From NCBI RefSeq assembly GCF_001194135.2, contig NC_068981.1, positions 3,978,510 through 4,042,509 on the forward strand: 64,000 nucleotides of DNA, in the 5' to 3' direction. Made by a program: the position numbers and the translations under genes. The notes under the pieces are model-generated. The model worked only from the letters and a program-made list of their open reading frames with translations. It had not been told where the DNA came from and made no database searches. The stretch comes from Octopus bimaculoides. Taxonomy: Eukaryota. Of this stretch, positions 38,508-51,195 are shown one piece after another; positions within the stretch are counted from its first letter, which is position 1, and each line of letters opens with the position of its first letter.

Positions 38508-38856
38508 CCCTTAACCTTTCAGCATGCTGAATGGTCTGTCAAGGGCAATGCTTATTTATTCACAGTGTTTTGAATTGATTATGTATTATCTTGTAATTCA
38601 AAGATTTCAATGGATGTGGTGTAATACACATTTTTGAACGACATTGCAAGGAAGGTGAGAGACATTAGATCCGGCCAGTTTGTATATAAAACAGGTAGAA
38701 TATCAGGGCTGGTTTAACCCTTTCAGCTCTGACCTCCTGAACCTTATTTGACTATATACCTGGCTTCCTGATGCACCCCACCGGTAGAACGGTGCTATGG
38801 TATAGAGAAAAATAAACCATCCACCGGTAAACAGGTGTTATGGGCTCAAAGGGTTA
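38508..38856. mobile_element. two abutting piggyBac-type MITEs (TTAACCC ends)
   Basis: 38508-38715 shares its ends with the 19646-21391 element. 38714-38856 has TTAACCCTTTCAGC / GCTCAAAGGGTTAA termini. Confidence 0.6.
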
Positions 38857-39245
38857 AATGTTAAAGTGTCAAGGTATATGCCTTCATGACTGGTGAATTC
38901 CACCTGTAAAATGTTCTTAATTGAATTTTCCTTTATATCCAGAGAAAGAAAACAAAAATCCAACAACCAACGTTTTGTGACTCTCAAAGATAAGGGGCAG
39001 GTGATTTCAAGAACTTTGGAATTAATCACTCAAAAATACAACCTCTAGCAGAAAGCAAGTTTGATCTTCAGATGCAGACAAGGGATGAAAGAATTTGTTG
39101 AGGCAGATTTTCTACAGTCAGACACTCTTCCTCTCACTTATTTTGCTTGAAAATAATATTTCCCCCATGTATAGACATCTTTCCATGGGAAGTTTGAAAA
39201 TGAATGAGTTTACAACTATTATGTGACGTCAAGACAAGGAGACAT

Positions 39246-39281
<36 letters not shown>

Positions 39282-40430
39282 CTTCTTTCAGTTTCCATTT
39301 ACCAAATCCACTCAAGGTTTTGGTCAGCCCAAGACTATAGTAGAGGACACTTGCCCAAGGTGTCACACACTGGGACTGAACTAGGAACCATGCAGTAAAG
39401 GTTCTCAACCACAATCACACCACCTAAACCAAGGATTTGCTAACAGCCTGTAGGTTTCCCAAATGGTCACCTGTTAAGTGGTCACCCACTAACTAGGTTG
39501 GACATTGCTTAACTTCAGTTACTGGAGGAGAAACAGTGGTTTGTGTGATACGGCCATAAACAGAAACATCATCATCACAGTTATCGTTTAATGTCTGTTT
39601 TCTATGTTGACTGAGGACTGGCAAGCTAGGAGACTGCACCAGGCTCCAATCTGATCTGGCAAGGTTTCTACAGCTGGATGCCCTTCCTAACACCAACCAC
39701 AGAGTGGAAGTAATTTTTGGATAGAGTCATTTGTATATCGTTCATCGTTTAACGTCCACTTTCCATGCTAGCATGGGTTGGATGATTTGACAGAGGACTG
39801 GCGAGCCAGAAGGCTGCACCAGGCTCCAATCTGATCTGGAGGAGTTTCTACAGCTGGATGCCCTTCCTAACGCCAACCACTCCGAGAGTGTAGTGGGTGC
39901 TTTTTGCATGCCACCGGCATGAAGGCCAGTTAGGCAGTACTGTCAATGACCACGCTCAAAATGGTGTTTTTTTATGTGCCACCTGCTCAGGAGCCAGTCC
40001 AGCAGCACTGGCAACAACCCCGCTTGAATGTTTCTTTATAATTAAGACTAATTTATATCTTTCTTTTTTCTTGAGAATTGGTAAAAATAGCCACTATGAG
40101 AAAATTTCAATTAAGAATATTTTGTGCAGGTTATTCAGTACATCTCTCCTTAATAATGCAAATTCATGCCATTGACCTATTTGAGTTATTTCCCCTCAAC
40201 TCATTTCATCTTAGTTTATTTAAGATATGTATGGCTGTGTGGTTAATAAGTTCGCATCTCAACCATGTGATTTGCGGTTCAGTCCCATTGCATGGCACCT
40301 CAAGCAAGTGTCTTCTACTATAGCCCTAGGTCAACAAATGCCCTGCTTACAGATTTTCTAGAAACCGAAAAAAACTGTGTGTGAGTACACTTATATATAT
40401 CGAAATAAACAACAAGGATATCCAGAGGTA

Positions 40431-40518
40431 ATGCAGTACAATCGTTTCAAGCAACTTCATTTAATTGAACAATGCAATCATTACATTAATTTAAATGCAG
40501 AGCAATCCTCAGCTGCAT
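40431..40518 (-). ncRNA. type-I hammerhead ribozyme motif, sense to the GDI pre-mRNA (intron 2)
   Basis: ATGCAG-CTGAGGA-[long stem II]-GAA-ACGATTGT-A-CTGCAT: intact CUGANGA and GAAA, perfect 6-bp stem I, GUA triplet. The 10.1/11.1 junction is U-U rather than G-C. Confidence 0.65.
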
Positions 40519-40655
40519 AAAGACATAGAATTTAATTAAATTCAAACAGATGAAGACAGCATGTTCTCTGTCTATCTCCTTACCTTCTTGGAGATTTTAG
40601 GTAAAATTATACTAATGTGTCCATCTGTTTTAATTTAATTAAATTCTATGTCTTT

Positions 40656-40744
40656 ATGCAGCTGAGGATTGCTCTGCATTTTAAATTGATGTGATGATTG
40701 CATTGTTCAATTAAATGGAGTCGCTTGAAACGATCGTACTGCAT
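40656..40744 (+). ncRNA. type-I hammerhead ribozyme motif (mirror copy)
   Basis: ATGCAG(40656-61)-CTGAGGA(40662-68)-stem II-GAAA(40727-30)-ACGATCGT palindrome(40730-37)-A(40738)-CTGCAT(40739-44). Confidence 0.7.
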
Positions 40745-40875
40745 TACCTCTGGATATCCTTGTTGCTTACATTGATTTTAATCACCTTATTTTGAAATTG
40801 TATGGATAATACCGTACTAAATTCTGGTGCCTCAACTTAGGTACCATATTCATCTGAATATATATATTATATATA

Positions 40876-42116
40876 CAGGGTGTGGTGAAGAAATTGTCTA
40901 AATTACGCAATAATGAAAATAACACTGACATTTCATTTTAACAGATATATTTACCAAAATTGCATAAAAACATCTTGAAATACTAAAGAGTAAATTTATT
41001 CAATAAAATTGCCATTGGCTTCAACCATGGTCTCCAGACAACTTCAGAATCTCCTGCAACTCTTTTTGATGGTCTCCTTGTTTAAGTTGGTGAATGCTGC
41101 CATAATCCTTGCCTTCAGTTCATCTTTGGTGTTACAAAGAGTTTTGTTGGTCTTTCGCTCAATTGCGCCACACATACAATAATCAGGGGGATTGCAATCT
41201 GGGGAGTTAGGAGGCCAGATGTTAGGGGTGATGTGGTTGCAGAAATTGTGCAGAGTCCTGTTGCCAGATACAGGTCTTCCAGCAGCCACCCTCTTGACCC
41301 AGAACAGCACTACCTTCTTCGGGCACTTGATATAGGCCTGTGTGTTGAATCTGAGACTGTATGGGAAGATGAAAGGAGGCACAAGCGATCACTCCAAACA
41401 CCATGATGTTGACTGGATGTTTGATTTTTATCACTCTCGGTGTGTTTTGGGGACACGGCAAGCCAATGGTTGTTCTGATTGTCCACCATCTGATCCAGGG
41501 AGAAATTTTTCTCATCTGAGAAAAACCAAAGTATGTTCGGTTGGTGGGGACACTTTAGTTTGTTCAAAAGCTTCGTAGCGCAGTGTTTTTTGTCCTTGAT
41601 GGCATGGCATAAAAATTGGCCCTTTCTCATCTTGTATGAGGAATACTGAATGTCTTTACGCACTACCTGCCTGATAAGAAACTCAGACACTTCCATATCC
41701 CTGGTGATGGACCTGATTGACTTGGAGGGATCATCATCAATCATGGCCTGGATCTCACCAACAAATTCAGGAGTTCTTTTCTTATCAGAACGTCAGAATG
41801 AGTTTTTCGAGCTGCTGTACCTTTGTAATCACCATTAAACTATTAAACTCAACCACCTCTTTCCGAATCCTTTGCACTGTCCTCAGATTGACACCCAAAC
41901 ACTCTGAAATGTCTGTATTGAAGCTTCCGGTGTGAATGCCAAGCAGTACAGCATGTTTCCAAAGTTCTGGCAGATTGAATTGCATCATGGTGCTGTTTTT
42001 GTCATACACAGTGCCCAACTGATCCTACTATACAATGTAGTCAACAAAATCAAAAACATTGTGCATGTGTGAAATTAAAAATATGTAAATGGTGACAATT
42101 TACCAATTACATCCTG
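40876..42116 (-). mobile_element. Tc1/mariner-superfamily transposon, maT (DD37D)-like, near full length but decayed
   Basis: TA|CAGGGTGT...AAATTGTC and GACAATTT...ACATCCTG|TA termini. Fragments WFFSDEKNF, VNIMVFGVI, WQQDSA and WPPNSPDCNPPDY, with frameshifts and a deletion between the 2nd and 3rd D, so the spacing is inferred. Confidence 0.85.
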
Positions 42117-43071
42117 TATATATATGGTTGGACAGAATTTTTTGAGGTAGAATTTCTACAGCTGGAAGCCCTTCCTAGCATATATTTCTAGGAAAAGTGG
42201 ACATTAGGTGATATAATTAGAAATTTTATCACAAAAATCTTTGTGTGTGTGTGTGTATGTATATATGTGCACCCACATACAGGCAAATTGTCTAAAAGTC
42301 TCCTTTTGCAACCACATAGTTTCAGGTTTAATTCTTCTGCATATCTCTGGCCCACCAATGCCTAATGGGCACATTTGGGACACAGAAACTGTAGGAACCA
42401 TGTCATATTTCTATGTGTGAATGTATTTATGTATGCATGTGCACATGTGTGAATCTGTGCAAATGCTGACATCCCTATGGCTTCACTTGTCAGCACTTCA
42501 GTAAAACTGTCACAGGTTTACAACCTTTGTTGACATTATGATTACCTGCTTGGCACACCTGTGGAATAAAAACATCCCTTACTTGAGAAACATGTAAGGG
42601 TTGGTGATAAGAAAGAGTGTTCAGTTGTAAAATCTGGCCTCAAATAAGGACCTGTCCAACCCATGCTAGTGAGGAAAAGCAGACATTAAAATCAAACACA
42701 CACACACAGATGTTCTCAATATTCATAATCGTGATACCTAGCTGGTCAGACCTGGGAAGTGTAATAACAATTGCTTCTGAGAGGACCCTATTAAAGGGGT
42801 GTTCAAGGACTCTGCCCCACACACCCCTCCTACAAATAGAAGGCAGAGAAAAGGGATTAACAGATATAATTTTAAATCATATTTTCACTGCCATAAAAGG
42901 TCTTGATTTTTATTCAAGACACAACCATTAAACTGTTTGACTTTGATATTTAAAAGCTAAGGAAATACCAAATTGCACCAAGTATATATATTAATTAATT
43001 AATTAAATTAGAAAATATTTTAAGTTAAATGCGATTCTGAAATATTCAAAGAGATATAAAAGAAAACTCAC

Positions 43072-43179
43072 TTCTTCTAATGGTGTCATGGATGCACTCT
43101 CCCCTCCATAGTATTTATTCCGATCCATGTGAAGAACTCGTTTGCCAACTACTGACAACATGCCACTGAGAATGCATTC
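43072..43179 (-). CDS. GDI: Rab GDI exon 2 (108 nt); the first coding exon (~MDEEYDVIVLGTGLK) was not found
   Basis: cag|[36 protein letters not shown]|gtgagt. Exons 2-11 total 1284 nt, in frame, with all GT-AG introns. Confidence 0.97.
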
Positions 43180-44881
43180 CTGGAAACAAATAAAAAAAAA
43201 ATTATTTTCAGTAAACAGCATTTTGAATTACCAATAGAAATTTAAGTTAGAAGCAAAGTTTTGAATAAAAATTCTTAAAATAATTTAACACAATTTTTAA
43301 TTTACAAAAAAAAAAAAAATGCAGAAGATGGAGATTAAACCTGTGAAAATAGTAATAAGTAGAAGAGTATTAATTTCAAATTCTATATTACCAATAGATT
43401 AAAAAAAGAAAGAAAGAACATATCTTCGTTCAACTTCAAGATTTCAGTATTTGAAATCGTGATATACGAATTTGTTCAGGTAGAGTCCTTACTAAAGGAA
43501 AAACAAAAGAATTACTAAATTTGCCTTAATTTTCCGGACTGGCCCTCATGCCGGTGGCACGTAAAAAGTACCCACTACACTCTCAGGAGTGGTTGGCATT
43601 AGGAAGGGCGTCCAGCTGTAGAAACTTTGCCAGATCAGATTGGAGTCTGGTGCAGCCATCTGGTTCACCAGTCCTCAGTCAAATCGTCCAACCCATGCCA
43701 GCATGGAAAGCGGACGTTAAATGATGATGATGATTTTTAGTGCACATATAACTGCATGGTTGAGGAGCTTGGTCAATCCCACTGTGTGGCATCTTGGGCT
43801 GGTGTCTTCTATAGCTACAGGCTGGCAAAAGCTTTGAAAAAGGTTTTGTTAAATGGAGAAAGACGGTCTATGTGTGTTGACATCATGTAATGGTTGTAAA
43901 CAAACATCACCATCATACAAGTGGGGTTGTTCATTTCCAGTCTTTGAAGAAACATATGTCTGGTCATGAAGAAATGTTACCTTGCTTGGAAGCAGGTGAG
44001 GATTAGTGACAGGAAGGGCATTATCAAGCCACGGATAATCTGCCTCAACAGATTCCATCCAACGCATGCAAACAAGGAAAAAGTGGATGATGGTGACAAA
44101 GTAGCAACTGGAAAATGAAACCCTCAAACTTCCTGTTGAAATCTTCAGACCAAATTTAGTTTCCAGAAACACAGGTTATTCCAACATATAAAAATGAAGG
44201 AAAAACACTTATGAAAACAATTTCCAAAATTTTCATTTTTTCCCTCTCTCAATAAAATCTAAAACATTTATCAAAACTTACAACTAAAAAGTTTTGAAAA
44301 TGAAAAGGTTAAACTTCATTGAAATATTTTTTATAGTCCTAGCACTACAGAAAGACGAGGAGGAGGAGAATAATAATAATTATCATTTCAAACTTTTGCC
44401 ACAAGGGCAGCTTGGGAGAAGTGGGGGACAAGTTGATTACATCAACCCTAGTGTTCAACTGGTATTTATTTAATCGACCCCCTGAAAGGATGAAAGGCAA
44501 AGTTGACCTCGGTGGAATTTAAACTCAGAACATAGCGACAGGTGAAATACCACTAAGTATTTAGTCCAGCTCACAGCCATATAATAATAATAATAATAAT
44601 AATAGTCATCACTCAATCTCCATTTTCCATGCTGGCAATGGGTTTGATGGTTTGTCAGGATCTAGCAAGCCACAGAAGTGAGTCAAGCTCCATTTGTCTG
44701 TTTTGGCATGGCTTCTATCACTAGATGCCTCTCCTAATGCCAACCACTTTAAAGGGTGTACTGAGTACTTCTTATGTGGTACCAGCAGCCAGTGAGGTCT
44801 GCTTTGGCATGAAGGTGAATGAGGGGTGCATGAAGGTGAATGAGAAAGAGGTGGCTTTTTGCTGGGTGTTGAAAGGTTAAG

Positions 44882-45153
44882 CAGCAGTTCCCAAACTTTT
44901 TCAGGCTGCTGCCCCCCTTGACACCCTGGCCACATTCCTAGCCCCCCCCCCCCAAACTAGCCATCACAAACATAGACCTCTTTCTGAAGCAAATTCAAAA
45001 AAGCAACTGTATTTCACAAATAAAACTCGTACCCATTATTTTATTGTTTTTACATGAATAGCTACCCCATTATCACTCCACTTTTCTTCAATGCTCCCTT
45101 GGAACTTTCCACTGCCCCCAAGGGCCCCATACCGCCCACTTCGGGAACGACTG
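44882..45153. mobile_element. hAT-like MITE (second hAT-like MITE at 59211-59432)
   Basis: CAGCAGTTCCCAAAC / TTCGGGAACGACTG ends; the 59211 copy has CAGTGGTTCTC / GAGAACTGCTG. The 8-bp TSDs are only partly preserved. Confidence 0.6.
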
Positions 45154-45744
45154 GATTAAAGTATGACAGCAGGACAAGCATAGATGTCTTGCTTATAGAG
45201 GAGACATGGGGCTACCTTACATTATATAAGGATGAGTTGAGAGTAGCTGGAAAGACGATAAAGCTGGTGAGGTGCCAGAGCATACTCTCAAGGCACAAGA
45301 AAGTGAACAGTGAACCAAATTTACTCCGGTTGCAGATAGTATTGATGATCTGACAGAGATTAACATTTCATTACAACATAAAATACATATTTGTATGCGT
45401 TCGTGCTGCAATGCTGATGTTTGTCAAAGCACCACCACCTCGTCATGCAACTAATTCAGAGACCACTTAACAAGTATTCTTGATGAAGATAAAATCAGGC
45501 TCTGGTCAATATGCCCATGTCGTTTTGGCTTAAAACCAAAATATAATCACTACAGAAAGTTTGTGCAGACATGCTGCTAGGTGGAGGTTAGGTATGGCTG
45601 CATAGTTAAGAAGCTTGCTTCCCAACCATGTGGTTTGAGGTTCGGCCCCACTGTGCAGCACCTTGGACAAGTGTCTTCTACTATAGCCTAAGCTGACCAA
45701 AGCTGTGTGAGTGGAATCAGTAAATGGAAATTGAAAGCTGCCAG

Positions 45745-45794
<50 letters not shown>

Positions 45795-46005
45795 ATGCAT
45801 TTATAGCTTGATAATATATTTGTGTAATCCATACTAGCATGGAAAAACAAATGAATGAATATATACATATATACAGCAATAAGAAAATGGAGAATATGCG
45901 GTATCCATTGACTTGCAGACAGTGCATTCCGTTGACCCGCCAAGCAGTATATTGGATAGATACTATCCCTTAGTGGGTTGAATCCTCAAACCCTAACTCT
46001 CTTGC

Positions 46006-46044
<39 letters not shown>

Positions 46045-46369
46045 NNNNNNNNNNNNNNNNNNNNNNNNNNNNNNNNNNNNNNNNNNNNNNNNNNNNNNNN
46101 NNNNNNNNNNNNNNNNNNNNNNNNNNNNNNNNNNNNNNNNNNNNNNNNNNNNNNNNNNNNNNNNNNNNNNNNNNNNNNNNNNNNNNNNNNNNNNNNNNNN
46201 NNNNNNNNNNNNNNNNNNNNNNNNNNNNNNNNNNNNNNNNNNNNNNNNNNNNNNNNNNNNNNNNNNNNNNNNNNNNNNNNNNNNNNNNNNNNNNNNNNNN
46301 NNNNNNNNNNNNNNNNNNNNNNNNNNNNNNAATCTCTGACGTTTATTTCACACACACACACACACACAT

Positions 46370-46660
46370 ATGCGGTGGTATGGGCATGTGTTGAGGAGGG
46401 ATGAGGAACATGTTCTGAGGAGGGTGCTTGAGTTTGAGATAAATGGACTGAGAAAGCAAGGTAGACTGAGGGAAACGTGGGGGGGGATAGGTGGAGGAGG
46501 AGATCGGGAGGATTGGCTTCAGAAGGGAGGATGTCCAAAACAGGGCAAAATGGCAAGATGGTGTGAGGGCGGTTGCTATGGCATTGAGGTAGATCTGGCC
46601 ACCTCCATTAACAGGGACAAAACCCAAATTTAAAACACTGGATGATGATGATGATGATGA
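46370..46660 (+). mobile_element. RTE-clade LINE 3' end with (GAT)n tail (short 3' scrap also at 53330-53412)
   Basis: RWYGHVLRRDEEHVLRRVLEFEINGLRKQGRLRETW...NRAKW followed by ...aaaacactg(gat)n. Confidence 0.85.
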
Positions 46661-48399
46661 TATATATATATGTATAGAATAATACCAGTATGGAACCAGG
46701 AACACCATAATTCAAAATAAGTACTTAAATTTATCAACAAGTGGCCTTTGAGAGGCCTCAATCCATTTCAATTTCACAGGACCTACTGAAATGGACTAAG
46801 GTGCTTGTTAATAAATAAATAAATTCTATACATATATTTCTGATTCAAGTCTTAAATTCCTCTCAGAACAAACCCACTAATTATTATATTGGTTTCAAAT
46901 TTTGGCCCAAGGCCAACAATTTCAGGGGTGGGGACAAGTTAAGTATGTCAACCTCAGTGCTCAACTGGTACTTATTTGACCATGAAAGGACGACAAGCAA
47001 AATTGATCTTGGTGGAATTTAAACTCAGAACATAAAGACGGATGAAATGCTAAGCCTTTTGCTTGATGTGCTACCAATGTGACCAGCTGACCACCTTAAA
47101 TACACTAATTATATTGTTCACTATGGAACAACACTGGAAACACATTTCAGCCAAAATGTTAAAAATTAACTCTCCTAATGAATGAATGTATTTCTGTAGT
47201 GACACCATCATACAAGAGAACATTTAATATTTCTCTGGCTAAAAATCAAGCAATTTGTAGCATTCTTGGAATTCAAAGACATTAATACATTTAGAATCAC
47301 TTCCAACATTGCACTATAGTAACTGCTTGTTATGATAAAAAAGATACCCTCAAATATGTGGGGGGAAATATTTACAAACACCACCAGAGTGGATATAGCA
47401 AGCAAAGGAAATATGAATTAGGCTTGGAAGATAGTAAGTCTGTTGTCCATGTTGGCATGGGTTGGACGATTTGACCAGAGGTGGCAAGCTGCACCAGACT
47501 CCAATCTAATACGACAGCTTCTATGGCTGGAGGCTGTATCTAAAGATGTATTTTCTGCATCTGTAATGCAGGAATTCTGTGAAATTGAAAATATTTCATT
47601 TCAATATAATGAGCAAAAATTGAAGAATTTCAGGTATGACAATATGCCCAAAACACCAAGATTGAAATGGTGTACGGAATCTCAGAATTGCAATCTGTTC
47701 TGAGGAACAACATAAAATTTTGTTCAACCCCTTTCATAGGGGCTTGAAATCATAGAAATCATAGATGATAACCATTGCCATATACTATATTAATTATGGT
47801 CTTCATTAAGGCGGCGAGCTGGCAGAAACGTTAGCAGGCTGGGGCGAAATGCTTAGCGGTATTTCGTCTGTCCTTACATTCTGAGTTCAAATTCAGCCGA
47901 GGTCAACTTCACCTTTCATTCTTTCCGGGTCAATAAATTAAGTACCAGTTGCATACTGGGGTCAATCTAATCAACTAGCCTCCTCCCCCAAAATTTCAGG
48001 CCTTGTGCTTAGAGTAGAAAAGATTTAGTGTCTTCATTGGTCAAAGTTCATCATACATTTCCTCTTGATGTGTGTTGACTTGGGCCATATTTAAAGAAGA
48101 CAGCAGTTGATCATGCATGCAAATCCCTCTCTTCATATCATTACTGTTCATCGAAGTGGGGAAAGTCATCAACTTAAACCAATACAGCTTGCTATACCAG
48201 TGCCATTGCAGGAATTGCTGTCAGAATATAGCGTAGGCACAGGGTTAAGTGACATCATGTAGGGAGCTTTCCTTGGAGACTGTCCTGCAGCAAATTTGGC
48301 ATATAAACGCCAAGGGGATGGCAGCCTGAAAAAGAGAACAACTGGTTTGGAAGCAACTGGTTTACAGTTTAAATGACTTGCTGCATTTTGATCTTGATG

Positions 48400-48860
48400 A
48401 TGGATAGGCTTTGAAATTGATGGGATCAATCAGTATTTGGAGAGGATTAAAACCAATCTCTTAAATCGCATAGGACCTCTATCCCTTCCTTTCATCCACC
48501 ATAAAATACATAGCCTGAAAATCACTTCAGGGACCTTGTGTATCTGTACCCCACCCCTACCCTTAAAACCCCATCTTAAAGCCCTATCAACTACATCAAT
48601 TGCTTTGGATGCCAAACCATCAAAATCCAAACCTGTTGTCTCAATATTCCTCAAACCCCTTATTTCTCTTTGTCCCTTATAATATCAATGATTCCTCAGC
48701 CACATATACTTATGCTGATGAGGTCCTTTTTTTTATTATTACACCCTCAACAGCTTCTAATTTTATGTATTTTCCATGTTTATAAATATTTCCAAGACTT
48801 TGTCTAATGGGATGACGACCAAACTGAATTAGTTTGATGTCTAAAAATGCTTGATTCATT
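48400..48860 (+). mobile_element. highly decayed non-LTR reverse transcriptase fragment
   Basis: ...TTSIALDAKP... and ...NPLFLFVPYNINDSSATYTYADEV resemble the LDxxKAFD and xINDL...YADD motifs. Confidence 0.45.
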
Positions 48861-50934
48861 TGTCCAACTAGAATTTAAATTGGCTTTAGACTAAGATAAA
48901 TAAATAAAATACATTGTGATGGTTATTAGATGCAAGATCTTTTGGGGGGGAAAAGTGAAAATAAATATATTGAGGAATATTTTTGATGAAAATAAGAAAA
49001 AATCTCAATAGAAGAGGGCAATATAAAAACGACTTGTGTAATTGTCAGAATACCATGAAAATTGCCTTTCTAAAACTGCAGCAAAAGGTGGAAGAGATCA
49101 AATTGCCAAAGACAGGTTGTACAAGACACTCGTTGGTAATCCTCTCCTCGTCATTCTGAGATATTTCGCTTCCTAAGTCATTAAACAGTAATATGATTCT
49201 CGTCTATCTCTAATATATGTTGGTTGAGTCATCGTGCAGCTTTGATTATTTTTTATGTCATTAAACAGATAAAAGATAAAATATATTTCATGATGAGGTT
49301 CGTCTATCTTGCTTTTATGTAGATTATGTTATGGTGTACATACATCCCTTTTGTGTTTTCCACATGAGAATCATGATTAGAAATAAGTACATTGCGTGAG
49401 AGAAACGAAATTTTTAATTTGTTTTTGTGAGCAATTATTTCAGCAGAATGAATAAACGAGAGAGAACATACTGTCTCAATTAAGCTATGGGCTTGGCATA
49501 ATTTACATTGATATTACTTAAGGCAATCAGGGAGGTTGTGAGAAAAAAAAAGCTTTTTGACCCTCAGGAGTAGTTATTTAAAGTATTTGGATGGATGATG
49601 GTGGATAAGCAGTAACTAATTAACTCTCGTTTAATCAGATAATTGTCAATCACTACAAAGTGAAGAAGGGTGGGGTGTGGGAATTAATCAAAACTCACAA
49701 ATCAAATAAAGGAAACAGCGAAAATATGGTGTCATAGAGAAATTAATGCGATATACATTTAAAATTGATCGAATGAAGTATAATGGCTGTAAACCACAAC
49801 ACACATTTAAAGATGGTGTGCTTTTGCCGAGTCATCCACCAAAGAAATTTCATACAAAAGAAAAAAAAAAAAAAAAAAAAAAAAAANNNNNNNNNNNNNN
49901 NNNNNNNNNNNNNNNNNNNNNNNNNNNNNNNNNNNNNNNNNNNNNNNNNNNNNNNNNNNNNNNNNNNNNNNNNNNNNNNNNNNNNNNNNNNNNNNNNNNN
50001 NNNNNNNNNNNNNNNNNNNNNNNNNNNNNNNNNNNNNNNNNNNNNNNNNNNNNNNNNNNNNNNNNNNNNNNNNNNNNNNNNNNNNNNNNNNNNNNNNNNN
50101 NNNNNNNNNNNNNNNNNNNNNNNNNNNNNNNNNNNNNNNNNNNNNNNNNNNNNNNNNNNNNNTTGTGGACACACACACACGTAACTCAAGAACAAAATAG
50201 CCAAGAAGAAGGAACTGAGGAATTTGGCAAAGAAGAAACTGATGGAACAAGTACCAAAATTTAAAAAAAAAGTCTAGGGTCAATTTCCTCAACTAAAAAA
50301 ACCTTTTGAAGTAATGCCCCAACATGGTTGCAGATTAAAAACTATATGAATAAAACACGATTTCCAGGCCAGTTTGAAATTTACTTTTAGTTGTCTTAGT
50401 TCTAGCATAAAAAGCAACCATTGCAGGACTCTCGTATTTGCATTAAAATACAGCCTCATCTGATATATTGTAGCAGTGCATTGCTATACTGCTACCATAT
50501 TTCTACTGAAATTCATTGCTTTTGTTTCAATTAACTTTGAGCCAGTGGAACGCAAAAAGCACCGTTTGAGTGTTGGGCCTCATGGAGGCAGTGACAGGTG
50601 ACTGAGACCCTTGGTGATATACTGTACTTGTGTAGATCTGCCAAGCCAAGTGAGACCTTAGATGTGGCTGATGCTGGTGTTGGGTCATCAGCACCCGTGC
50701 TGGTGGCATGTAAAAAACACCCACTACACTCTTGGAGTGTTTGGCATCAGGAAGGGCAGCCAGCCATAGAAACCTTGCAAAATCAGTTCAGACGAGGTCA
50801 CCAAGTAACTTGCAAGATAAAGATCCTTTGAGATGGGGAGTAATGGTGGTGGTGGTGGTGGCTTTGTGCCAGGTGATGAGAGACCAGAGTATGATAAAGG
50901 GACAGAAGCAGGTGCCTTGCTCTAGAGGACATAC

Positions 50935-51195
<261 letters not shown>

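Larger units (their letters stand above)
40397..40778. mobile_element. foldback element with ~150-bp inverted arms, each carrying a hammerhead motif
   Basis: 40407-40552 is the reverse complement of 40622-40768 (roughly 90% identical by eye), with a ~70-nt spacer. Confidence 0.9.
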
